64,000 nucleotides of DNA, taken from Eledone cirrhosa. Its lineage: Eukaryota. A program made the translations under genes and the position numbers. Where the stretch lies: positions 161,634,001 to 161,698,000 of the forward strand of contig OZ024743.1 in the NCBI GenBank assembly GCA_964016885.1, read 5' to 3'. The notes under the pieces were generated by a model that saw only the letters and a program-made list of their open reading frames with translations, was not told where the DNA came from and did no database searches. Positions 52,837-64,000 of the stretch are shown piece by piece (the stretch's first letter is position 1; every line of letters begins with the position of its first letter).

Positions 52837-52928
52837 ACATATTACATATGTTTCACTGTCGATCAACTCGAGGAACAATCTATTAATGACCGAACCTGAC
52901 TCTGGAATCAGAAGCTCTTCAGATATGT
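52837..52928 (-). ncRNA. Hammerhead ribozyme with 61-nt branched stem II (sense to PRKX)
   Basis: acatat CTGAAGA [61 nt] GAAAC atat GTA atatgt; perfect 6-bp stem I; palindromic stem III ACATATGT. Confidence 0.7.
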
Positions 52929-52944
52929 GTTAACATGTAGACTT

Positions 52945-53370
52945 AATAATAATAATAATAATAATAATGAAATTATTGTGTACAGTGCTCAGGTGCACTA
53001 CAACTCATCAAAGGTGCATGTATAGTACATAGAATAATGTACAAATGTCAGGAAAATGAACAGTGTATGAGTCATGATATAATAACAATAACAATAATGA
53101 AATATTGTGTACAGTGCCCAGGTGCACCACAACTCATCAAAAAAGTGCATGTACAGTACATAGGGCAATGCACAAACATCAGTAAAATGAACAGTGCACG
53201 AGTCATGATACACACGTGTGCATGTGTATGGAAGGGGTACATCAGGTGTAGTTTTGGCGTATTTCGGGAAGCATGAGTGTCTTAAAGGATGCAGTGTCTT
53301 GGCAGCTAACAATTGACGCAGGCAGTTTGTTCCATGCTTCAGCAACTCTGAGCGTGAAAAAATGTCTTGC
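52945..53370 (-). mobile_element. CR1-like LINE 3' fragment with (att)n tail
   Basis: RHFFTLRVAEAWNKLPASIVSCQDTASFK; internal duplicated tgtgtacagtgc.caggtgcac.acaactcatcaaa. Confidence 0.75.
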
Positions 53371-53372
53371 AT

Positions 53373-53458
53373 CTGAGGAGCTTCTGATTCCAGAGTCAGA
53401 TTTGATTATTAATAGATCGCTCCTCGAGCTGATTGGCAGTGAAACATATGTAATATGT
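53373..53458 (+). ncRNA. Inverted twin of the expanded-stem-II hammerhead (5' stem I clipped by the CR1 fragment)
   Basis: CTGAGGA [61 nt] GAAAC atat GTA atatgt; arm 53371-53513 is inverted relative to 52782-52924. Confidence 0.6.
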
Positions 53459-53732
53459 AATTATATATGTATATGATGCAACACTGATTCTTTTTTCCCT
53501 TATATATTAATACGCCTATCATTTTAAAAATAATCAAGAATTTAGTGGGATTTAGTAAAATAACTTTATCATTATTAAGATGATGTTTGGAACATAAACT
53601 TAAATGTTCATACATAAGATTATGATGGAAGGCTTTTTGATAAATACAAATAACTTGAAAATAAACAGTTTCATGGAATCATGGGTAGTTTCAGGCAGTT
53701 TGGTGTTAAAAGGTTTATAGAACATGAAGCTA

Positions 53733-53951
<219 letters not shown>

Positions 53952-55594
53952 TCATAACATATCATATACCACAGGAAACCACATTAGCAAGACTTTCTTG
54001 AAAAGTACAAAACAACATTATGATTGCATAAAAAAACCTTTAGTCTAATACTACAAAATTTAAAAACAATTTGTCTACTTGCAATGATACTATAAAGATT
54101 TGGATTAACAAATTCATTTTTAGATATTTTTTTTACAGTAGGTTAAGAGTTAAAGAAAATAATTAAGCAGGCCAGTGGTGGTGAATAAATACACTTTGGT
54201 TTATTTTTCTCGAAGTGGTATTAGTGACGATGTTTACGTTGGCAATGATGCTAGCTGTAGATATGATAGTCGTAGTGACAGGAATATTAATGGTGGCAGT
54301 GGTAGCATAAAAGGAACAGAATCAAACATTTAAATCTGACATTGGAAATTTTCCCAATGGTGACATCTGCATGAAGAACATATAATTAAGTGCAGTTAAC
54401 TGTACTTAATGTGGTGAGTCAAAAATAATGTTTAATCATTGAAATTATAACCATAATGACAAGAAAATTCATAAGTATTAATGAAAATTATTCTCAATAG
54501 TGAAACCAAAAATTTAAAGATTTGCAAGAGGTGGAGTCACATGTTCAGTAGATATGATGACAACTCAAGATATGTTTCAAGCTTATTAGGCCTCCTCAGC
54601 AAAGCATAGTTAACATAAAGCTACCTGATCAGAGAATAACATGTAGAATATACAGTTTTGGCATGAAAATAATTCACTGATGAGGCATTTTATACCAATT
54701 ACCTTGGAAATGTTCAAAAAGGTGCTTTGGTAAGAATACATAGTTAAGAACAGGCTGTTGTACTTAATGTGGTGAGTTTTATTGCTATTTGAAAGTGTAG
54801 AATAAAATATAAAAATAAATAAACTGGATAATGATGAGGCTCATTGAAGCCGGATTAAACCTCGGAATATATGAAATTAACTAGTAGAAACTGGTTATAA
54901 CCAGTTCACAACTGCCAAAAACATTTATTAGGCAGAGCAATAGATAAAATGACTTATAGTGTTTAATACATCTCTTTATATTCTGAGTTAAAATGCTGCC
55001 ATGATCAATTTTTGGCATTCATCCTCCCAGAGCCAATAAAAAGTACCAGTCAAGTTCTGGAGCCAACTGTTTTATTTCCCTAAATTTATGGCTTATGTAA
55101 GAAATTATTATTATGTTTTACCAAACTTTAAGATAACAGCAAAAAAATGTAGAGAAATTAATCAAATAATGAAAAATTATTCAATTATTTGTGTCTTTTT
55201 TAGTGAAGGGTGTAAATATTAAGTTAAAAATATAGTGTAACAGCAGGAGGATTTGTCATGTGATGTAACATAGCATGGGTATATATTAAAACATCCATCA
55301 GAAATACTGTCGCAAAAGTTTTTTGACAATTACCTTTGTAGATTATGTCTGGTTAATTTCAACATCTGCAGGCCAATCTTGGCAGGATAAATAGGACTAG
55401 TGAGGGAAGGGAACCTCTGGGCATTCAGTTCAAATTCTTGCAACCAGGTAATAGTTTTCAGCTACATGGTATGTAATGCATACCAACCAAGCAAAATATC
55501 CCTAAAGACCAGTGGCCAAGTACTGTTGTTTAGCTCATGGACAGTCCTGAGTGAGCAGATTTATTATCAAAGGCATTCCAGCCATGGCTATCCC

Positions 55595-55782
55595 ATGGTG
55601 GATTGGCAGTATCGGTGGAGGGTCGGACGCCATGCTTTCCAGCATAGTTACGTCCCTTTACGATCTGAGTTCAAATCCCGCTGAGGTTGACTTTGCCTTT
55701 CATCCTTACGGGGTCGATAAAATAAAGTACCAGTAATGCACTGGATAATTGCTGGCCTTGTGCCTAAAGTAGAAACAATTAT
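55595..55782 (+). mobile_element. SINE family A (older related copies at ~7205-7290, ~54975-55110, ~57840-57985)
   Basis: Full A/B boxes and central domain. Confidence 0.88.
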
Positions 55783-58700
55783 AATATATATAGGACTACA
55801 CAGTCTCATGTGTACTTCCTTTTTTAAGATGGTAGCTTGATTTGAAAGAAATTTGCTGCTATTTCTAGCAGGTCGAGTGATTCTCATTGACTAAATTTGC
55901 AGATATTAAACTGAACGATATGTTCGGTGTTAAATGAAAACAAAAAATCCCAACATGTATCTTCAGTCTCTAAAGGGCGAATTTCTTATCAGTTTAAAGA
56001 TATTTTGAAGATAAATATGCCGGCCAAGATTTAGATCACAACAAGGTTAAACATTTTATTCTTCAACCATTTTACTTATCAACATACCATAGAAATGCAT
56101 GTAACAAATGTGACATTAGAGAGAGTAAAGCAGAAACACTCAAGAAATTTGATTTCACAATCACAGGCAAACCCTTTCTAGAGCAAACCAATTTTGATGC
56201 ACACAAACATTATCTGTTTCATAAAATTGTAGGCTAATCAAATGCAGAAATAGCCATATGCTATGATGACCATAACAAAGAATTGGGTTAAACAAACCCC
56301 TTAATGAATGGATGAGCCAATTTAGCTTTCTATAATGGACGGAAAACAATGCCAATGACAGATAATTCTCTAATTCTAGCCACTCTTCCCCACTACTGCT
56401 ACTTCCACCGTCATCTCACCTGCAGTTGATGCTTCCGCCATAAGATGAAACTGCCTCTTTCCTGTCCTGTCTGACGCGACCCAGAGGAGACGAGTTTAAT
56501 ACTGCTCTCATGTTTTGTTTTGTCTACCTACACATGTCACATCAACAGAAATTTTGATTCTGTTGCGTGGGCTATCCTTCTTTACCACGTAAAATCATGT
56601 GGCTAGGAGGAAGTTTATGAGGTATTTGATGCTATAGTTCATTCTTTTATGTTATTCAACCTTGCTTTTCTTCACTGTTGTCCCAGTCTTCTACATGTCA
56701 GCACTATATGCTCTATCTCTTTAATTCCCTACTCTCTCTCTCCTCTGACTGCTCTTCTATTTATTAATGGTTTTTGTTTAATCCAATTATTTGCTATAAT
56801 CATCATAGTAGCCAGCTGCTTTACAGCAATTTATGTATGTGAGTTCCCTACAGTTTTATGAAAAATTTACACATTCAATGCTCCAAATAATTTCATAACA
56901 TTATCAATGTTTAGGATCTGTCCTAAATATGGTAGCAGCTGTTCAACATAAGCCCACATTTCTGTAATGCATGGACACAGGAAGATAGCATGAAGGATGA
57001 TTTTGTAGCCCCGCATACATCTCAAACAAGTTTGGCTGTTGATATTTTTGGCTTATAGAGCTGTTTGTCTTGAACACACACACACACACACCACCTACTG
57101 TTACACTACTATGCCAAGTACTTTTGTTATTTGTCCATAATTTCAGACCTAAACATTCTTAAAATGACTCAGCTCAGTCTGTCTGCATTAATGCCCAGTC
57201 ATTGCCAGGCCATTGTTGCTCATACCCACCACTAACATGTATACCCTCCACTAATCTCTATAGGATATGAGTATTGTTTTCTCACTGATCACAAAGGACA
57301 GCAAGTTTTCCTCTGTCTATGATGACTACGGTGAAAAGAGTTGTATGATGGGAACACATGAAAATTTTGAAGGCTGGAAATTTCCACTCTGGTCAAGTTT
57401 TCATCAACTTCTTAAAGTACCAATTGATGAGAAATGCAAGAAGAGTGGTGAGAGCAGTGTAGCATTCTACTGGATTTGTCAATAGGTGGGTAGGAAGAGT
57501 AAAACTGAGGAGGCTGAATGAGCCTACTCTGATTATGCTCTTCTAAACAGGAGGAAAGAAAATAAGAGAGGGCACTTTCAATGCCTTAGATGTGGCAGAG
57601 CATTCTGAAAATGTTTGTGGCAATCTCCACTCTCTTTCAAGGAACTTCTTCTGTTGACATTTTGTTGTTACATCTATTGTTTTTATTGATTCTGCTCTTT
57701 TTTACTTGATGTGAACCACACTTTGTGCTACATTTCATACTTGTCCTTGATAGCTTGTGCCATTGTGGTGAATAAAAGAAATCATCATCATTGTTACAAC
57801 ATCACACAAAATGTTTTATGACATCTAGTTGACTTTTTACATTCTGAGTCCATATCCTGCTGAAGTCAACTTTACTTTTCATTCTTCTGGGGTTGATAAA
57901 GTAAAGTACCAGTCAAGCCCTGGAGTCAATTTAATTGATTATTTCTTCTCTTCCCCCAAATTGCTAGCCTTGTTCCTAAATTATAAACCAGTATTAGTAG
58001 CAGTAGTAGATGGTTCACAGCTTGTTTGTTCAGAGAAGCAGAAGATATTGCAGTAGTGATAGGAGAGACAAAGAGAAGAAACATTACATCAATGAATCTT
58101 TGTCAATAAACCAAATATTTCTTGTTTTGGGGTTCTTTTTTTGTAAAAATATCCAAGCATTTAGTAGCAGCAACTCCATTCCAGATATATGAGCAATAAT
58201 TCATTATAGGTCATACTTTTAAGTTTGTATAGAGTTTATTAAGCAGATCTGTAAATATTTTTTAATACTGAAGTAAAAGCTAAGTCTTTGGGATCAATTT
58301 TGTTGATATTAGATATATATAGTGTATATGTGGTAGCCATGAAATCAACAGATATTGTGAACCCTTCGTTTTATAGTAACTTTCATATAATCACATAACC
58401 TTGCCCCAATTATCACTCACACTTCCTCAGCTGATAACATTTTTCTTATTAATTCTCTTTTCCATCAATATCATGTTAGTGAATTGTTAAAACGTACACA
58501 CACACAAACGTATATATGGAATGAACTTCCATTGGTTTCAATGATGAGTACTCCAGTTGTTCGATCAATAGAATAGAACAGACTGCTTTTGAAATTAACA
58601 TGTAAATGGCTGAGCATTCCACAAACATGAGTATCTTTAATGTAATTCTCAGTGACATTCAGTGTGACATGGTGTGTGACAAAACTGGTCCTTTAAATTA

Positions 58701-58926
58701 CATTGTATAATCTATCCAACAGGAGTCTAAACAGTTTCTGTCTACCTAATGTCACTCACAAGGCATGGGTTGATCTAAAGCTATAGTAAATGACATTTGC
58801 CCAAGATGCCATGCTGTGGGATGAAACCCAGGACCTAATGATTGCAAACTCCTTAACCCTTCAGAAATAAACACAAAAATACACACAAACAGAAATATGC
58901 AAACAGAGGACAAACAATTTACTTAC

Positions 58927-59190
58927 CTGTCTCGAAGCTTCTTGGCAAAACCGAAATCAGTAATTTTCATATGGCCTTCAGTATCTAAGAGAAGGTTTTC
59001 TGGTTTCAAATCTCTGTAGACAATTAATTTACTATGAAGATAGTCTATGGCTGAAATCAGTTCACAGGCAAAAAAGTTTGCCCAAGCACTGCTGAAAAAC
59101 CCAGACTTTCGCAGATAAGAGAAAAGTTCCCCACCAGGTACATATTCCAGTAACATATAAAGAAAACTCTGGTCGTGATAAGACCATGAC
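58927..59190 (-). CDS. PRKX: PRKX-like cAMP-dependent kinase catalytic subunit, internal exon (264 bp; hinge to DFG)
   Basis: Acceptor ttttccag, donor gtaagt. Encodes [27 protein letters not shown]...[32 protein letters not shown], which has the YRDLKPEN and DFG motifs and PRKX-type residues. Phase-2 junction AG|G gives Arg. Confidence 0.95.
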
Positions 59191-59402
59191 CTGGAAAACA
59201 AGACGTTAAATTATTCATAAGTGTGTCCATCTGTGTATGTATGTGTGTATATATGTGTATGTGAGTATGCATGTGTGTATGTATGTTTGTATATGTATAT
59301 GTGGGTGAGTGTGAGTATGTATGTATGTTTGTAAGTGAGAGCGTGTATATGTAAGTATGTGTGTGTTTTATTATTAATCTAAAACAGAAGTATGTATGTG
59401 CA

Positions 59403-59678
59403 TACTCTTGTGTCTCGAATAATGCTATATTTTAAGAGGTAGCATTCCTGTGACAATTTTCTTTAGTCATTAAAAAACATTACATATGACAGACAAAAAA
59501 AAACATTACAAGAAATCTCATACATTATAAAATAAACAGGATGGGTTGGGGGTCTCAATATGTAAACTAAATGACTAATTCTGGTTTTTAAAAAAATCAA
59601 GGGAAGACAACCTAGAAAAATTATCGATTTCAACCCCCCTCCCCACATATCCTCCCTATCATTTGGGACCCAAGAGTA
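59403..59678. mobile_element. Tc1/mariner-type MITE
   Basis: Imperfect TIRs (ta)ctcttgtgtctcgaataat / atcatttgggacccaagag(ta) with TA flanks. Confidence 0.55.
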
Positions 59679-60086
59679 TGTGTATTCTTTACTGATTATT
59701 CCAAGGCAGAGGTGAAGTGTCTATGTTTGTATGTTTTTGTGTGTATATATGATTGTGCGAGCGTTTTGTTACACATTACAAGGAACTGTACTTTGTTGCC
59801 TATATGTGTATGTTACTATTTTGTTCAAGAGTCAGTATATTTGTGTCAATGTGTGTCAGTCCAAGGGAGTGGGGAAAGATATGTATGGGCAAGTGTGTGT
59901 TTTATATTTTAATCCAATAGAGTGGGAAGGGAATAGTAAAGACAAGCCTCTGTGTTTTATTCCAAAAGAAAATTGTATTCATATGTAATTACAATTGTGT
60001 CTTTTACTACTTGGTTTTAAAAAAAAGTAGTAAAATACACACTAATATACAGATATTACCTTTTTTTTTTACTACTTGGTTGTGAA

Positions 60087-60330
60087 GGCACATGGCTTAG
60101 TAGTTAGAGCATTGAGCTCACAATTGTAAGGTTGTGAGTTTGAATCCCGGACTGGGTGGTGTGTGGTGTTCTTGAACAAAACACTTTATTTCACATTGCT
60201 CCAGTTCACTCAGCTGTAGAAATGAGTTGCCTTTTTCCTTGGACAACATCAGTGGCATGGAGAGGGAAGACTGCCCAAGAGGAACTTTCCAGGTGTAAAA
60301 CCATGGTCCTTCGTGACCAAAAGGTTCCAG
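60087..60330 (+). mobile_element. SINE family B
   Basis: ggcacatggcttagtagttagagc...gagtttgaatccc...cactttatttcacattgctccagtt.actcagctgtagaaatgag is shared with 20640-20780. Confidence 0.75.
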
Positions 60331-63123
60331 AAAACAGCATTTGTATATTTACCCTGTGGCTTTTGTAGTTATAAATGTTTTATGTTATATTATTTGAGAA
60401 ACTAATATAACAACAAAATGATATCAAAGTAACATCACAAAATAGTATAAACCAGGGTGTTTTGTATTTTAATACTTAGGTGGGCAAATAGATACACAGT
60501 ACAATAGTAAAATAAACTAAGGGGAAATTAAGTTAACTTTAACTGAATCAAATAATAAATAACTGACATTATGTAGTAATACAGAAGAACCGCCCTCCCA
60601 GGAGCACAGGTTGAAGCATACCTTCCCCCTCCATCCCCCTTCCATACACCTCCCATGTCCTAACACTCCACCTATGTTTAGAGGATTAGTTAAAAACTAT
60701 CACCATCACGACTGACAACGTACCCCACCCCCACACCTGAATCAACAACAATACCACAATAATAACCACCAATAACTCAACATCATTACCACCACAACCA
60801 TCACCATTATTACCACTACCGCCACTATCACTCACGCTCTAATACAAATTGTATATACTAATGTGTCACAGGTCATGTCATGTATGTTACCATTTATAAT
60901 CCATTAATTGTTGTTGTGTGCGCATGCGTGTGTAGTAGTAGTGTGATTGTGTGTGTGGTTATTAACTGTTTCATGGGAATGTGCAACTGCAACTATACAA
61001 CCACCATAAGATTCTCGGTATTGTTGTAGTTGTTGCAGGAACTGAACTGTCCCTTAGATCCTGTTGATTGTTTGTTTAAAGGTGAGGGATTAGAGTATTG
61101 TTGGTTGCTTAAGGATATTGGGCTGACCTAAATTGTCATTCTTCTCACTATAGTGTTTCTTTTACCTCCTGTATAAGGGTGGGAGAAGAGACCATGCAAG
61201 AGACAGATGACACACACACTGGCTAAACTGCTTTGCTGTTGTTGTTAGTCATTAAAGAAGACAACTGCAGGCCATCATAGATGTCACCTAAGATCACCAC
61301 TCCAAATAACAACAGCTCTCACTGGTGAACTAATAAATTAGTTCCAAAAATAAAATCCAGTTGTTACTGGATATATTTCCCCATGACCTGTAGTTAATGT
61401 TGTAGCTGTTGTATACCACTTTTGGCAACAAGTGCCTTTTATAATAATCTTGGATTGACAAATGCCTTGTGAGTAAAAGTTGGCATACAAAACCTATGCA
61501 TGATCCCTGTACTTATGTGCATGTATGTGTGTGTATTGTCCATTGATATATCTCAGTAAACACTATACATATTGGCAAAAAACCTACAACCAATATCACA
61601 ATTGTTCCCCCAATGTTTTTTTTTTATAATTACATAGGTCGGCCTTGATCAAATAGATCAATGATATATGTAATCTTAAAATCAAGTACTCCTGTTAGAT
61701 CATGCATCTGTCTGGTTGAGGACCATACTCTGTGTTCTGATATTTAGTATATTGTGGTAGTAAGGGAATGTCTTGTAGGGTACTTTGCCAGACTTGTTGA
61801 AGTTGTGATGTGACAATCACGAAGTAGATGTATAACGTAGGGCATAAATAGGTATGGAAACTAATATATCTTTAAAAGAAATTCCAATATTGTACTTTTA
61901 ATTAGTGATTCACTTCAGAAAGTGCATTAAAGCTTTGCTTTGCTAAGGAAGTCCAATAAGTCCAAAACATATCAAGAGTTAAATCCCATCTCTTACAAAA
62001 ATTCTCTATTTGTAAGTGACTTGGTTCTAACTGAAATAGCCCATTCTACATAAAAATGTTTTGATTTACATGCTCTTAAATATATGCAATTTAGCATAAA
62101 ATAATTTGCACTAGATTTGATGAGCCTCAACTCCTGCAATCAAAGATGGTATTTTTATTATATAAATCAACAGAGAAACTGGCATTGCAGACAGCCATTA
62201 CAGACACACATGCACATGTATACACAAACATGTCACAACGAATGCCTTTCACATAGGAGATAGTATAATGACCGACTTAACCTGCTAGAAATAGTAGCCA
62301 GACATCATCAAATAGCATAGAGAAATATTACAGTGAATGCCTTTACATAGAAAGCAACATATAATAACTAATTCAACCTGCTAGAAATAACAGCCAGTAT
62401 ATGTGTGTGTCTATATTGATCTTTGTGTTTGTGCCTGTGTTTATATCCTGTAATATAATGGTTTGACAAAAAAAGGGATTGCTAAAATAAATACTAAACA
62501 TGAAAAAATAAGTACTGGAGTGAACTGATCGACTGCAACCAATGTGGTACTCCTAGCATGAGAGCAGTCTAATGACAGAAACCAGTCAAAGAATAAATGA
62601 CAGTCAATGTCGAAATATACTAATATGAAAAATATACCTGCAATTTCTCTGATTGTAATTGTTTTGTTTCTTTGTTTTAAACAAAATATTTTTTAATGTT
62701 ATCATTTTACATAGTTTTTCAAAAGTTATTTAAAATATGTTAGTTTCAATTTTTTTTTAATTTTTAATATGAATTGTAAGTATGAAAAATATCCCTGATA
62801 CAACTGAGATAGCAAATAGACAGATTTAAACAATTGTTTTCCTATATCTCCCATGAGGATATAAGCCGCCATGATGGCTACCTATCCCACAATTTTCTCT
62901 CTCTCTACGAAAGCTGGCTATCCCCTAGCTATTACCTCCCTTCTCTCTTCCATTCATTCTTCATTCATTTCGAGGTTTTCACGAAGTCAGATACACTTGA
63001 TTCTGAAAGGCTAAAATGGATTACTAGAACTCCTAAATCATATTCCAGACATCCATAGATTTCCAGGTATCCCTCTTCCCTAATTGCAAATGCTCCGCTG
63101 ACATTATTATTATTATTGTTGCT

Positions 63124-64000
63124 ATTTATATGCAGATGATCTAACGCTCATAGCTGAATCGATGGCTGAACTAGAGAAGAAATTCCAAACATGGAAGCAT
63201 GGCCTAGAATCAAAAGGCCTTAAAGTTAACTTATCTAAGACTAAAGTTCTAGTATGTAGGAAGGAAAATAGGGCAGAGGTCCCCTCTGGGAAATGGCCAT
63301 GCTTAGTGTGTAGGAAAGGAGTAGGCAGAAATTCCATTTTATGTCCCAAATGCAAAGTATGGGTGCATAAAAGATGTAGTGGGATCAGAGGTAAACTATC
63401 TAAGAACGTAGATTTTATATGTGGCCGATGCCCAGGTGCAATAAGTAACAAGTACCCACAGGATACTATCTCCTTCTATTGCCCAGATGGTTCTATAGAA
63501 ATAGTGGACACCTTCCGTTACCTGGGTGACAAAATCAGCAGTGGTAGAGGGTGCTCTGAAAGTACAGTAGCTAGAGTGAGAACGGGATGGAAAAAGTTCA
63601 GAGAGCTTATACCACTATTGGCCACTAAAAGTTTCTCTCTAAAAATGAAAGGCAAACTGTATGATGCCTGCATACAAACAGCAATGTTACATGGCAGTGA
63701 GACATTGGCATTACATGCAGAGGATCTGCGCAGACTGGAAAGGAATGAAGCATGCATGGTCTGTTGGATGGGTAATAGTAATATACGTGAACGGCAAAGC
63801 ACAAATGAACTAAGTGAGAAATTAAGAATAAGAGGGATCAGATGCTGTTTACTCGAGAGAAGACTGTGTTGGTATGGTCACATGATGCACATGAAAGACG
63901 ACAGCTGTATTAAAATGTGCAGGGCGATCAAAATTGATGGAAGTTACGGAGTAGGCAGATCCAGAAAAACCTGGGACGATTTGATAAATTCCGACCTTAC
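63124..64000 (+). mobile_element. RTE LINE RT C-terminal part with Cys/His insert (runs off the window)
   Basis: LYADDL, GLKVNLSKTKV, KWPCLVCRKGVGRNSILCPKCKVWVHKRCSG...CGRC, LHGSET. Confidence 0.9.

Noticed and set aside
54675-54895. CTGATGA / TGATGA...GAAA matches
   Set aside because: No consistent stems; likely chance matches.
59191-64000. Upstream PRKX exons (Gly-rich loop, VAIK/ALK lysine)
   Set aside because: Not found by eye; they probably lie beyond the window.

Overview
AT-rich eukaryotic genomic DNA. The SINE and RTE-LINE repertoire resembles coleoid cephalopod (octopod-like) genomes; this is an inference from repeat motifs only. The only host gene I can support is the 3' part of a minus-strand PRKX-type cAMP-dependent protein kinase catalytic subunit. 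It has six GT-AG coding exons (59190-58927, 53886-53767, 50338-50243, 47430-47373, 23640-23563, 15205-15080) that splice in frame and end in FSDF*; I found no upstream exons in the window. The introns and flank contain decayed RTE LINEs of several families, tRNA-derived SINEs with TSDs, a mariner remnant, MITEs, a Naiad-like Penelope element, and a probable non-autonomous Helitron carrying a 3.1-kb array of a 27-bp satellite with higher-order structure. The main signal that the ORF track does not show is a set of about 13 minimal type-I hammerhead ribozyme motifs from about 8 sequence families. Most sit in short fold-back, Penelope-pLTR-like units beside (TA)n tracts. Three intact ones are sense to the kinase pre-mRNA, and one family has a 61-nt branched stem II. 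Almost all ORFs in the track are TE fragments or microsatellite artefacts.
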